From sequence record OQ363659.1: a stretch of 64,000 bases of DNA; one strand, given 5' to 3'. Both the position numbers and the translations under genes were made by a program. Of this stretch, positions 28,812 to 38,524 are shown one piece after another. Every line of letters starts with the position of its first letter. Position 1 is the first letter of the stretch. Below the pieces are notes generated by a model. That model made no database searches. It was not told the DNA's origin and saw nothing but the letters and a program-made list of their open reading frames with translations.

Positions 28812-29873
28812 ATGAAAAAAGAAGAAATGGCCACAGATACAAAAGACTTCGCTGATTCCATTAGCAGGAGCATTACCGTACCTGTGAACAAAATGAACAC
28901 GGTGCTGGTAACTAATGATACTGGCAAGTTCGATGGTCGTCATGTATTCATGCCATGTTCGATTGTAGAGAACGACACTGACCTAGAAACTCAGAAGGGT
29001 GCAAGCGAAACATTCGAATCTGTGTTCAAGTGGTGGAAACGTATTAGCCGTGGTGGTCAAACATACACCGATGAATTCAATGCTGCCGAACTCGAGGCAT
29101 GGTCGTATAATGCCACTACGGATGCTATTGCGTGTACCATTAACTCTGCGTCGGTAGTGGGGTTCGTATCACCTGAGAAGTACGATGATTACACATTCGA
29201 AGTTCAAGTTACTTCGAATAACAACGACGACGACTTTGTCGGAGTAATCATCGCCTATGCACTCGACAAGTCTGACAATACCACGCACATCCTGACAGCC
29301 CAGCGAACAGGTAATGGACGTGGCCCGTTCATGATCGACAAAGATTTCAACGGCTATGGGATCTCACGATATCCAATTGATACGGTGTTTGATGGACTGA
29401 CATGGTTGAATGGCACAGTGGCTACTGGGGCAGGTGCCAACGGTGCAAATGGTGGTTGGAGTGCAGCTCCACTAGGAGCACGCATTAAGGTGACCCGTAA
29501 ACAAAACATCATCACCATGGAGACAACCCAGTTCGGCAGCAGCGACTACCATGAACCGGCTAAGCGTGTGATCGATTTATCAGCTGATCCACAACTCGCT
29601 GTTTTCATGGGCCCTCAGTCTTTCGGTTATACAGCCACATCACAGATCAATGCTACATGGAAAGTATTCCAACGACCAGAAGCTCGTTTGCCAATCATCG
29701 ATACTCGGGATTGGTCTAAGTGGGTATTCGCTAATAACACTTGGACGAAAGTCACAAGTTCTAAAGCCAACCTCATCGCTGAAGGGCTACTTGCCAAAGA
29801 GTGGACGCACTACAATGCCACTACGGGTAAGTACTACTACATCGATTCTGAATCGCGGGTATACAGACTGTGA
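28812..29873 (+). CDS. Virion/tail-fibre-associated protein with lectin-like (TSP-C/ConA-type) domain
   Basis: YDDYTFEVQV...NDDDFVGVIIAY resembles thrombospondin C-terminal DDDYAGFVFGY; start of a plus-strand structural cluster. Confidence 0.6.
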   Translation: MKKEEMATDTKDFADSISRSITVPVNKMNTVLVTNDTGKFDGRHVFMPCSIVENDTDLETQKGASETFESVFKWWKRISRGGQTYTDEFNAAELEAWSYNATTDAIACTINSASVVGFVSPEKYDDYTFEVQVTSNNNDDDFVGVIIAYALDKSDNTTHILTAQRTGNGRGPFMIDKDFNGYGISRYPIDTVFDGLTWLNGTVATGAGANGANGGWSAAPLGARIKVTRKQNIITMETTQFGSSDYHEPAKRVIDLSADPQLAVFMGPQSFGYTATSQINATWKVFQRPEARLPIIDTRDWSKWVFANNTWTKVTSSKANLIAEGLLAKEWTHYNATTGKYYYIDSESRVYRL

Positions 29874-30271
29874 GCATGACAAAACAACAAATGATCGACT
29901 ACTCTGTCGCTTGGTTGAAACGTGTAACGGATTTGATTTTGGCTATCCCTAAGCAGACAGCCATTTTCTCCACTACCACGAATACCAAAGGCATGCAGTT
30001 CTATGCGGGCATGCCCATGTCGATTTTTAACTTGGCGACTACTGCTGGTGAAGCTACCACACTCCAAGCCGGTACCGTGGATTACCTAGACACACGTGAT
30101 TGTACTTACTGGACAAAAGCCAGTGGTTCATGGGTGGGTACACCTTACACCGGCGGGAGATCTTTTCTACGTAAGTACACGCTGGTACTGGGTCGTAACA
30201 ATGGCAAAGTCTTCCTGCATGGTGAACCGGGTGCGTTACACCCAGTAGACACAACCACCCCAACCCCATAG
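29870..30271 (+). CDS. Putative tail-fibre accessory protein
   Basis: N-terminal TKQQM..Y..AW helix shared with neighbours. Confidence 0.65.
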   Translation: MSMTKQQMIDYSVAWLKRVTDLILAIPKQTAIFSTTTNTKGMQFYAGMPMSIFNLATTAGEATTLQAGTVDYLDTRDCTYWTKASGSWVGTPYTGGRSFLRKYTLVLGRNNGKVFLHGEPGALHPVDTTTPTP

Positions 30272-30278
30272 GTGACTT

Positions 30279-30713
30279 ATGGCTACTAAAGCTTCAATGA
30301 TCACGTACATCAACACTTTCATTACTCGGGTAATCAATGCCTTCTCGCGGTCTAAAGGGGCGAGAGACCAAGTGTTGTTCATCGATAATAATGAAGGAGT
30401 GTTCTCATTCAAACCAGAATTCGCAATCGGTGTAATCCAGATTGCAACAACAGCAAACGAAGTGACGTTAGCAAAGACAACATTAGTTAACAACTATCCA
30501 AGTGGGGGTGGAGAACTAATCAATGCTTACACGCGTCAAATCGAAACGTATGATCCAGATGCAGGGACATGGACAGCTACATCTACTGGATATTTTGATA
30601 AAATCCGACAACGTCGAGTCTACTACAGTTCATGGAGTGGGCGTGTTCACGTTGCTGATGGTTATGGAGACTTAAAACGTTTCATGACTACCGGACTCAC
30701 ACAAATCGGCTAA
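30279..30713 (+). CDS. Putative tail-fibre accessory protein
   Basis: N-terminal TK..M..Y helix shared with neighbours. Confidence 0.65.
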   Translation: MATKASMITYINTFITRVINAFSRSKGARDQVLFIDNNEGVFSFKPEFAIGVIQIATTANEVTLAKTTLVNNYPSGGGELINAYTRQIETYDPDAGTWTATSTGYFDKIRQRRVYYSSWSGRVHVADGYGDLKRFMTTGLTQIG

Positions 30714-30722
30714 GGTGATAAA

Positions 30723-31082
30723 ATGGCTGCTCTAACTAAACAACAAATGCTTGGATATATCCAAGCATGGTTCGACAAGATCGAAGCAGGTGGTGTAGGG
30801 GGCGGTAAGTTCCGCTACATCACCGGTAGTGTTCCTGCGAACGGTACAGTCGTGTACGATGCCCCTACGGTAATCGGCTACAACAGTACAACCCACAACA
30901 TCTATTCCATCGGTGTTGACTTACGAATGGTTGATCCATTCACTGCTACAAACCCACCAGTAATTCAGGCTACTGCGGTTCTAGACTTTGCTATCGCATC
31001 TGATGGTAAAGTAACGATCCGTAACAACCACACGGCTGCTGTGACTTATCATGCTCGTATTACTGAACCAGTCAAGAAGTGA
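30723..31082 (+). CDS. Putative tail-fibre accessory protein
   Basis: N-terminal TKQQMLGYIQAW shared with 29870-30271. Confidence 0.65.
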   Translation: MAALTKQQMLGYIQAWFDKIEAGGVGGGKFRYITGSVPANGTVVYDAPTVIGYNSTTHNIYSIGVDLRMVDPFTATNPPVIQATAVLDFAIASDGKVTIRNNHTAAVTYHARITEPVKK

Positions 31083-31089
31083 GTAAACC

Positions 31090-33039
31090 ATGGCTGAGAT
31101 TATTACGAGCATTGACCCAGGACAATACATGGGTGCACAGACTCTAACCGTTACGTTCCCAGCCAATACGCGTAAGGTGATCATTACCCGTGATGATCGT
31201 TCTCCCGTGCTGACTGAGATTCTGGCTTACGACCGTGGTTATCTACTACCAATTCCATCTAACCCTAACCCAGCTATTGGAGAGGGACCAATTGTAGATC
31301 GGCCATTCTTAGCCGTAACACAAGACGGACGAGGTAACGTGATCTATGATGGGGGCTTCCCTAAGTTCTATAACTCACACATTGCTTCCGCAAATGGAGG
31401 ACAATGGCCAGCAACATTGCCTACTACGTTAGCAGGTTTGGCCCCAGCTTGTCGCTACCTGCTAAACGCATTGTCATTTATTGCTAACCCGCGAAAGGTA
31501 GCACAAGGCAATAGAAAGATTTTGTTCTTGAACAACACAGTCCGTACATTGCAGTATAACATCTTGAAGTCTTACTACCATCCTGATCCACTACAAAACA
31601 ATGCTGGCGGTGATGGTTTCCGTGATACGTTCGATGCTGTTTGTAATATCGGTGGTTGGATTCCGACATACATCGATTGTACTTCTAATGGCAATACACA
31701 GTTGACTGTTTCACTGGCTACTATGGAACAATATGCGGCTGTAGTTTATTTGGCGTCTAATGGGGGTAGTGGTCCTTCAACGTCAACCATTGCAGAATCC
31801 ACAGCTAGTGCAATCTCGCAGTATCGAAATGCTGGTAGTGGTGTAGCCATTATTACAGACCACTGTTCCGACAACTACACAAACTTAGCTGATGCAATTG
31901 CTCGTGGTGGAGTTTTCGGACATGATGCCACCAAAGTTGCTAAGTACTTCGGGGCGTATTTCTCTGGTGACGTTGCACGTAGTCCAGTTCAAGTCGGTGA
32001 GATTCGCCGTCAAATTGGTGATCCAGGTCCACCTGAAGACCATCCACTGTTGGCAGGTATGGCAGATACAGATTACATCTTTGCTGGTGGTTCAGAATCG
32101 TTAATCGTTCCTGAACTGTACCCAAATGACCAAGTCAGTCCAGATCAACCATGGACGTTGAGTATGCCTACAGCTGGTACATACCGAGCTAACATTCTGG
32201 TTCAGCTGGATGACGGTACAATCCTCACACGTCCTTTGAAGTACATCATCATTAACCCTAGTGACGTTAACTTGCGTGACAGCTTCAACAACATCGTAGG
32301 TAACGCGTATAACACTTACATGGGTAGCGTTGAGTACAATGTGGATGGAACATCGGCTACACAGGTGCTGTTGGGTAAGATCGAAGTAGACGGTGTGTTA
32401 GGTGCATTCTTCCGAGCTACCCCAAACGGCTTAGGTGGTTGGTCTACAGTTTACTATCCATTCGGTGGGGTAGGTTCAGCTGTACCGATTAAGAATGGAC
32501 AGACGATGAAGTTCACTGTGACCGATCCGTTTGAATACTCTATCAGTCGTGTGGTAACGATTCCTGATCCTGCTCCTTATTTGGCTGAGTCTGGTAGCAT
32601 TCCGATGTTCGCTAAGAAAATCGTGACGCATCCTTACTTCTCAGGTAAAACAGCAGCGGCTGCAATTAGTGATATCACTAACTTCGTTGATAAGTACTAT
32701 GCCAAGGCTAAAACTCTGGGCAGTGCAATTCAATCACATTGGTGGCGTACGATGGGTAAAGCACGGATTCCATTCTTAGCATCTGAGCTAAACCCAGCTA
32801 ACCTACGCGTGTATGCTAACGCGGCGGCTTGGACTGTTGGTAAACCATCTTTCGGTAACGTAGGTGATGCAGTTGTGGTAGCTGATACAAACACTGTGTA
32901 CTACTGGGATGATATCCCGATGGTGTGGAAACTACACACAGCTAAAGCAAACGTAATCCTAACACAGGGACGTAAAGTGATTAACACCCTTGATGGTTCA
33001 TTATGGGTAGTTAACGCATCTAATACCACCAAGGTATAA
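31090..33039 (+). CDS. Putative virion structural/tail-fibre protein (649 aa)
   Basis: Gly/Thr/Asn-rich beta-type composition; cluster context; C-terminal module shared with neighbours. Confidence 0.6.
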   Translation: MAEIITSIDPGQYMGAQTLTVTFPANTRKVIITRDDRSPVLTEILAYDRGYLLPIPSNPNPAIGEGPIVDRPFLAVTQDGRGNVIYDGGFPKFYNSHIASANGGQWPATLPTTLAGLAPACRYLLNALSFIANPRKVAQGNRKILFLNNTVRTLQYNILKSYYHPDPLQNNAGGDGFRDTFDAVCNIGGWIPTYIDCTSNGNTQLTVSLATMEQYAAVVYLASNGGSGPSTSTIAESTASAISQYRNAGSGVAIITDHCSDNYTNLADAIARGGVFGHDATKVAKYFGAYFSGDVARSPVQVGEIRRQIGDPGPPEDHPLLAGMADTDYIFAGGSESLIVPELYPNDQVSPDQPWTLSMPTAGTYRANILVQLDDGTILTRPLKYIIINPSDVNLRDSFNNIVGNAYNTYMGSVEYNVDGTSATQVLLGKIEVDGVLGAFFRATPNGLGGWSTVYYPFGGVGSAVPIKNGQTMKFTVTDPFEYSISRVVTIPDPAPYLAESGSIPMFAKKIVTHPYFSGKTAAAAISDITNFVDKYYAKAKTLGSAIQSHWWRTMGKARIPFLASELNPANLRVYANAAAWTVGKPSFGNVGDAVVVADTNTVYYWDDIPMVWKLHTAKANVILTQGRKVINTLDGSLWVVNASNTTKV

Positions 33040-33042
33040 CGG

Positions 33043-33075
33043 CATATTGCCTCTCCCTAGGGAGAGGCAGTTATG
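33043..33075. terminator. Bidirectional terminator between convergent genes, TATG on both strands
   Basis: CATA-TT-GCCTCTCC-CTAG-GGAGAGGC-AGT-TATG. Confidence 0.85.
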
Positions 33076-33729
33076 TCATTTCAAGCTGCGTTGCTGATCA
33101 AACAACAGGATGGTGTTGTGAGTCAGTACGACATGGAACCGAGTCTTAGCCAACGATGTCGCCAGTAGAGCCACTGCTGTACGATGATCGATGGATTCTT
33201 CAACTGCTGGTACTTCAGTGTTACCGAGCTTGGCATTACCTTTCGGTGTAGGGCGTTGACGCAGTTTCCATTTACGGTCTGTACGTACATTGTCCTGCTG
33301 TGCTTTACGGAACATCAATACCAGTTGTTCAGCCAACGAGTCAATGTTGTTCAGCATGGCTTCCGCAGAAGTCAGGTGGAATGCTACACGCGCTAGTTCA
33401 ACGTGAGTCGCGTTGTTATCGATTACTTCACGTACCGATGGATCGAAGTCCAGAGCACGCAGTACGATAGTCACTTGATCTTTGTTACGCAAGATCTCTA
33501 CGGTGCGAATGAAATCAGTCATACCAAACTGGCGTTCTACAGCTGTCATCTCATCAGCAATAGTTTCCAGTTCTTCCTGGTCAGTAGGACCGGAATGTCG
33601 GGAGAATGCGAACATCAAATCCGCTAGGGTTGAATGGGGGTAGGACGTGGACATCAGTAGCCGCAGTAACGTCTCAGGACGGTTCTTACGGTTAGGGCGT
33701 GACGTCATCCGATTATAGTTGTTTGACAT
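33076..33729 (-). CDS. Hypothetical protein (217 aa)
   Basis: ORF track. Confidence 0.8.
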   Translation of the reverse strand: MSNNYNRMTSRPNRKNRPETLLRLLMSTSYPHSTLADLMFAFSRHSGPTDQEELETIADEMTAVERQFGMTDFIRTVEILRNKDQVTIVLRALDFDPSVREVIDNNATHVELARVAFHLTSAEAMLNNIDSLAEQLVLMFRKAQQDNVRTDRKWKLRQRPTPKGNAKLGNTEVPAVEESIDHRTAVALLATSLAKTRFHVVLTHNTILLFDQQRSLK

Positions 33730-33752
33730 GAGAAGTGATCCATATAGGTGGT

Positions 33753-34184
33753 TTAGTCCAATCCCTCTTTCTTGAGGAAAGAGTCGCGGATGGCTCGAGC
33801 ATCGAAAAGAGCGTTGTGCAGAATTTTTGACTTCTTGGCGGATAGATCTCGGTCGACAACAAATGTCAACGGTTGAATCTTAATCCAGTCTCCCTCACCT
33901 AAGTCTAGGGCGCGAGAGAAGTAAGCTGTGTCGTTGATGTGATCTGAAATGATCGTCATGCCAGGGAACTGATCTACAAACAGCTTCAACTTAGCATTGA
34001 ACTGTTCTCTGGTGATCGGTGGTTTCTGAAGGATTGGAATGACGTTCGCCTTGACCCATTCGTCTGTTACCAGGGAGTGAGGCAAGACTTCGTAGAATTC
34101 ACGTTGTCCATCTTCACTAACCAGTGCAACCGAAATGAGTGTGCGAGTTGCATCTTCAAACTCGCAATCGAGGAAAAAGTTCAT
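33753..34184 (-). CDS. DEDDh 3'-5' exonuclease (Rv2179c/RNase AS-like)
   Basis: FFLDCEF...LISVALV...EFY...WVKANVIP...D...HNALFDARA; start moved to MNFFLD. Confidence 0.8.
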   Translation of the reverse strand: MNFFLDCEFEDATRTLISVALVSEDGQREFYEVLPHSLVTDEWVKANVIPILQKPPITREQFNAKLKLFVDQFPGMTIISDHINDTAYFSRALDLGEGDWIKIQPLTFVVDRDLSAKKSKILHNALFDARAIRDSFLKKEGLD

Positions 34185-34229
34185 GTTGTTTTCTCTTGAA
34201 TGAAATACATACCTATTGGGCAAAATAAA

Positions 34230-34247
34230 GCCTCCCCGAAGGGAGGC
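34230..34247 (-). terminator. Intrinsic terminator
   Basis: GCCTCCC-TTCG-GGGAGGC then TTTATTTTG. Confidence 0.85.
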
Positions 34248-34251
34248 CGTA

Positions 34252-34734
34252 TTAGTGTGCTAACATATTCTTTAGGATTTGACATCCGGCTAACACTTTG
34301 CCTCGAGTGCTACGTGTAAAGATGTCATGCTTCTCGCCAACTTTCTTAGGATTGTTGCTGGCTAACATTAAATCTAAAACGTACTCATCCATTTTGAGGT
34401 TGTTCAATACAAACAACGCTACCTCGTGGTCCCACTTACGACTCACCGCTGTACTTGCCCGGATGTACTTAGTAGCCAAGTCTTGATCGTAACCAAGAGC
34501 CTTCAACCAAGTCATGCGGCCTTCCATGTAGACAATGCGAGTCCTAGCATTTGATGGTACGGCGACGATCATGCCACAACCGGGGCAGCGTGTGTCACCG
34601 ATGGCGCGAATATTCCAATCGCCCAACATCCTCGGCATCTCAGACATATCGTCTTGCCGACCATAATAACCGATGGCCAAGCCCTTCCGCACTTCTGCGT
34701 CAATCTCTTGGACAGTGTTACATGAGATTACCAT
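34252..34734 (-). CDS. Hypothetical protein with CxxC
   Basis: TAAGGAGG RBS; RCPGCG. Confidence 0.75.
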   Translation of the reverse strand: MVISCNTVQEIDAEVRKGLAIGYYGRQDDMSEMPRMLGDWNIRAIGDTRCPGCGMIVAVPSNARTRIVYMEGRMTWLKALGYDQDLATKYIRASTAVSRKWDHEVALFVLNNLKMDEYVLDLMLASNNPKKVGEKHDIFTRSTRGKVLAGCQILKNMLAH

Positions 34735-34811
34735 GACCCCTCCTTATTTGGGGACTTCATTATGCTACATTGGATTGAACACCAATCATGTAAATAGATT
34801 GGAGTATCCAC

Positions 34812-35018
34812 ATGTTACCAAAACCTGAATCCTGGTTGAAAAAGAATCTACCTATGATTGCTGTTGTCGTAGGGAGCGTATTAATGATGGGTCGATTGTC
34901 TTATCAAATCGCTGACTTAGAAGGACGACTGAACAATTCTACGGAATGGCTATTAGATGAAGTCATTGCTGTAGGAGACGAGATTAAAGACATCCGAGAT
35001 GAGCTCGATAACACATAA
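34812..35018 (+). CDS. Small single-TM coiled-coil protein
   Basis: GGAG RBS; TM segment then acidic heptads; ends at a convergent terminator. Confidence 0.7.
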   Translation: MLPKPESWLKKNLPMIAVVVGSVLMMGRLSYQIADLEGRLNNSTEWLLDEVIAVGDEIKDIRDELDNT

Positions 35019-35031
35019 AAAAAAAATACGG

Positions 35032-35056
35032 CATAAGGCTCTCCAGAAGGAGAGCC
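35032..35056. terminator. Terminator between convergent genes
   Basis: GGCTCTCC-AGAA-GGAGAGCC; minus side continues TTATGCCGTATTTTTTTTT. Confidence 0.8.
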
Positions 35057-35067
35057 ATTATATCGTC

Positions 35068-35385
35068 TTACGCTGAACGCTTGAAAGTATTCAAACGACA
35101 GGCTTCCAGATAACGGATACCCGCTTCCATCAAACGCTTCTGATTGTCGATGTACGGACCACACTGAGATGGCACAGGATCGTTCACTGTAACCTTATCA
35201 CACTCGTCGGGGAATACGGGTTGAGACGTGGTACCGTCCTCCCATTCGATAGACAGACTAGTCTCAAAGAACTTACCGGATGGACGAACATCGATGTGAA
35301 CGATTTTACCTTTCTTATTGTTCGCACTGGTCAACCAACCTTCGGTAGTAACCAATTGCGGGAAAGGAACCTCGGACAGTTTCAT
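35068..35385 (-). CDS. Hypothetical protein (105 aa)
   Basis: GGAG RBS; ORF track. Confidence 0.75.
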   Translation of the reverse strand: MKLSEVPFPQLVTTEGWLTSANNKKGKIVHIDVRPSGKFFETSLSIEWEDGTTSQPVFPDECDKVTVNDPVPSQCGPYIDNQKRLMEAGIRYLEACRLNTFKRSA

Positions 35386-35394
35386 GCTATCTCC

Positions 35395-35760
35395 TTATTC
35401 AACGAGAAATGGGAGCTCCATTGCTAACAGAACCACCCACAGGACTTTACAACCCAGGTGCAACAATTGATCAGTACGGAAACTGATCTTACCTTCACAA
35501 CTGAAGAAGTCAATGATGGTGTGACATATGAACTCTGCGAATGCCAGCAACACTGATCCGGTAACGACGTAGATCGGTAGTGCATGAATCAAACCATGTT
35601 GGGGCAACACCCACTTCCAATATACCTTACCTACAGCTGTGTTACGGTTCTTGGCTTGCGAAACGAATTCACCCTGCCATGGGTAATCCGCTAGTGCATG
35701 ACCTATGCACAACAGGAAAAGCAGTTCGAGGTAAGGTAAGATAGAGAGGAACAGGTCCAT
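35395..35760 (-). CDS. DUF3307-like membrane protein
   Basis: GHALADYPWQ...AK...H.LIH...H.IID...DQLLH. Confidence 0.8.
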   Translation of the reverse strand: MDLFLSILPYLELLFLLCIGHALADYPWQGEFVSQAKNRNTAVGKVYWKWVLPQHGLIHALPIYVVTGSVLLAFAEFICHTIIDFFSCEGKISFRTDQLLHLGCKVLWVVLLAMELPFLVE

Positions 35761-35768
35761 GGTTATTC

Positions 35769-36440
35769 TCAGAGAGTGGTCTTCGGGTTAATGCCAACTA
35801 CGGCACCATCAGCATTGTAGCAGAAAGCTTCACCACAGTTCGTGGTCATGACAGTTGGGATGTAACGCTTGAGATCGGTGAACGACATTGGACGACCGAG
35901 GTATTCACATTCCATAGCTGGGTTGCAATGTACGTTGTACACGTCGCTCTCCTTCGATTCTGGGATGTATTCGCCATCAGGTACGTCATTGTACTCGGGG
36001 AGGATCTTCACGTCTCGAATCGGATAGGAATTCGCTCGAGGGCCATTACCGAACTTAACCGCAGTGATCTCACCGGATAACGTGGTCAAGTAAAATCCTT
36101 TTGGAATATACCAGTACGTTACCTCATCAGATTCCGTTGAGCCACGACCTTCGCCATAGTTCGATGTGCAGATCTGCCCTACACAAACAACTTCGTCATA
36201 CAGACGAGTAACGAAGGATTCCTTCACACCACCCGACATTGTGGTAACGCCGACTTCTCCTTCTTCAGGATAGTTCGGCCAACCACAGAACCCATAACGA
36301 GCTGTGTCGTTATAGACGCAGTGTGCTACCTTTGGTAAGAACTTCGAGTAGAACACAGGCACCCCTACATAACGCAGAGGTTCAGCTTGAGCAAACCACG
36401 ACATCATCAGCATTGCTACTAATACGAGAGCGCGCATCAT
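35769..36440 (-). CDS. Secreted Cys-rich protein
   Basis: Signal peptide ending AQA/EP; eight Cys, six of them in three C-x3/4-C-x3/4-G modules. Confidence 0.75.
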   Translation of the reverse strand: MMRALVLVAMLMMSWFAQAEPLRYVGVPVFYSKFLPKVAHCVYNDTARYGFCGWPNYPEEGEVGVTTMSGGVKESFVTRLYDEVVCVGQICTSNYGEGRGSTESDEVTYWYIPKGFYLTTLSGEITAVKFGNGPRANSYPIRDVKILPEYNDVPDGEYIPESKESDVYNVHCNPAMECEYLGRPMSFTDLKRYIPTVMTTNCGEAFCYNADGAVVGINPKTTL

Positions 36441-36841
36441 TCAGCCTTAACGAGTTTGGTGTTACCGTCTACACGGATTACTTTGAATGCCTCGATGCGA
36501 CCGTTCTTACGGCAAGTGAACAGTTCACCTTCTTCATTGCAGAACCAATTGGTAATAGCCGCAGCTACTTCCAGGTAATCATCAGGATCGTTTATCTTGA
36601 TGAGCGCCGGAATATCTTCATCCAACGCATTGAATTCAACTACAACGGTATCGCGATGCATGCCATTGGCTAAGCGTGCAACACGACGCTTGGTACGATG
36701 ACGGAATACGAAACCATGATCGCCCAGTATCAGATCGACGATACCACCTTTACCGAAGTTACCTGCACCCCGTGACATTGCATCTACACGGAGAATGATT
36801 TCTTCCAGAGTCTTCAGTCGTTCACATTTAAAGATGTTCAA
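36437..36841 (-). CDS. Hypothetical protein (134 aa)
   Basis: 4-bp overlaps on both sides. Confidence 0.75.
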   Translation of the reverse strand: MNIFKCERLKTLEEIILRVDAMSRGAGNFGKGGIVDLILGDHGFVFRHRTKRRVARLANGMHRDTVVVEFNALDEDIPALIKINDPDDYLEVAAAITNWFCNEEGELFTCRKNGRIEAFKVIRVDGNTKLVKAE

Positions 36842-37116
36842 TATTGCATCTCCGCTAGGCTATTCACAGGAACGGATTTCTTTTTATGCCGGAAGGTCAT
36901 GAGATAGATTTCCTTGGCATGAGCATTCATGGTTTTCAATGGAGGCGTGTGTAGCTCCCATCCTGCCTGATCCATGTAATCATAGAACGATGCTAATGGT
37001 GGATATGGCATGGACAAAGAAGCATAACGACCAGACAGGTTCATTACATAACCCGCACCTGTCAAACCACCACCCACATGGGTATCACGTTTCAACACTA
37101 AATGTTTCGGCATCAC
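36838..37116 (-). CDS. Hypothetical protein (92 aa)
   Basis: ORF track. Confidence 0.7.
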   Translation of the reverse strand: MMPKHLVLKRDTHVGGGLTGAGYVMNLSGRYASLSMPYPPLASFYDYMDQAGWELHTPPLKTMNAHAKEIYLMTFRHKKKSVPVNSLAEMQY

Positions 37117-37131
37117 AACCTCACGAAATAA

Positions 37132-37152
37132 AGTAGCCCCGAAGGGGCTACT
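37132..37152 (-). terminator. Intrinsic terminator
   Basis: AGTAGCCCC-TTC-GGGGCTACT then TTATTT. Confidence 0.8.
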
Positions 37153-37154
37153 CT

Positions 37155-37415
37155 TTATGCAGTTTCAACAGGTTCTTCGACTTTCACCGAGGACAGCAAG
37201 CAGTAATACTTACGGAACTTTTCCTGTGAAATAGTAAACCGATCAACTCGTTCCGACTTAGCGTAAGAGAGTTGTACATCTCGGTTAGTGACCTTCTCCA
37301 GCTTGACTAGAGTTTCACGATTGTTCTTCTTGGTACTAAACGTACGGTTGAGGAATTCGTTCAGGTCTCCTAGTTCAGTGGCAGGTACGTGGACTGTTTT
37401 CTTACTGACTTGCAT
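37155..37415 (-). CDS. Hypothetical protein (86 aa)
   Basis: AAGGA RBS; ORF track. Confidence 0.75.
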   Translation of the reverse strand: MQVSKKTVHVPATELGDLNEFLNRTFSTKKNNRETLVKLEKVTNRDVQLSYAKSERVDRFTISQEKFRKYYCLLSSVKVEEPVETA

Positions 37416-37427
37416 TTGTAATCCTTG

Positions 37428-38492
37428 TTATTCAGCTACGGCTTCGGCGGCTGGAGCATTCGAGCGGTCACGGATGAGATCCATTTGGTGACCGTAGTGG
37501 AAGATGCTGTGCATGTTGGTACGCAGTTGTGCGCGATTCTGACCAACGAACAGACCTGGGTCTTGGATCTGGTTGTAGATCGACAGTACGAACGAACGAG
37601 CAAGAGGCAGGTACTTCTCGACTTGCGATGCGTCATGGTTGAACAGAGCAGGTACCAGGTTTTCAGCCAGGAAGCCTTCTACGGATTCTTCCAGGTTGAA
37701 GGTAGGTTCTTCGACTACTGGTTGCTCGGCAACACCACTATCCAGCTCACGGAGTTCTGCTGGGATCTCGATGTTTTGTTCAGCTTGCGCAGCAGCCTGT
37801 TCACGTTTTGCTTCTTGCTCAGCGAATTCACGAGCTTTCTCTTTTGCTTGTGCCAGTTGCGCTTCGATCTGGGCGACGATGTGGTCAGCCAGTTCGTCAG
37901 GGGATTTGGTTGCATCCAGGGTTACGCTGGTCGGATGCTTCTGGAACATCTTGTACGCGTTCGAAGTTGCTTCCAGTTCTTCGGGAGTACGAGACTCGTA
38001 GAAGTCCAGTTCACGATCAGTCAGACGAGCTTTACGTACGGCTTCGTCTTCGATATCCAGGATCAAAGTAACCGGTTCGATTACGTTGCTACCGATATAC
38101 GGCATGGTATCCATGAACAACTGATACAGCTCTGGTTGGGTTTCGATGTACGGCATGATGTTCAGTGCCAGAGTCGACATGAAGAAGCGTTCACACAGAA
38201 CAACTTTACCCGAGTACAGAGCTGGGAGAATTACTTTCTCGATATGCTCTTTGCGGTAAGCTTGGTGCAGCAGGATGTGAGTAACTTTCTCAAGCGGTTC
38301 TTCACGCTTCAGCAGCAGCTGTTGACGGAGAACTTCACCGAGTTCGGTACCACCAGGTTCACGGGTGTGAACAAATTCGATGCCTTTTGCAGTCAGGCGT
38401 TCTACAACTTTTGTAGCGACAGTGCCTTTACCGGTGCCTTCATCACCTTCGAGTACGAAGAACGGGGCAACGAATTGTACATCTTGAGTCAT
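37428..38492 (-). CDS. tmk: Thymidylate kinase with C-terminal extension
   Basis: P-loop VLEGDEGTGKGT, TREPGGTELGE, VVLCERF (DR motif variant), P..TLILDI; ~140-aa extra C-terminus. Confidence 0.85.
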   Translation of the reverse strand: MTQDVQFVAPFFVLEGDEGTGKGTVATKVVERLTAKGIEFVHTREPGGTELGEVLRQQLLLKREEPLEKVTHILLHQAYRKEHIEKVILPALYSGKVVLCERFFMSTLALNIMPYIETQPELYQLFMDTMPYIGSNVIEPVTLILDIEDEAVRKARLTDRELDFYESRTPEELEATSNAYKMFQKHPTSVTLDATKSPDELADHIVAQIEAQLAQAKEKAREFAEQEAKREQAAAQAEQNIEIPAELRELDSGVAEQPVVEEPTFNLEESVEGFLAENLVPALFNHDASQVEKYLPLARSFVLSIYNQIQDPGLFVGQNRAQLRTNMHSIFHYGHQMDLIRDRSNAPAAEAVAE

Positions 38493-38524
38493 CTAGATAC
38501 AGCCTCTTGAATAAAAAAGAATTG

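Noticed and set aside
34790-34800. CTATTTAC variant as an early promoter
   Set aside because: Mismatch in the core and no AT-rich upstream element like the other copies.
37425-38510. 361-aa plus-strand ORF
   Set aside because: Exact antisense shadow of tmk.
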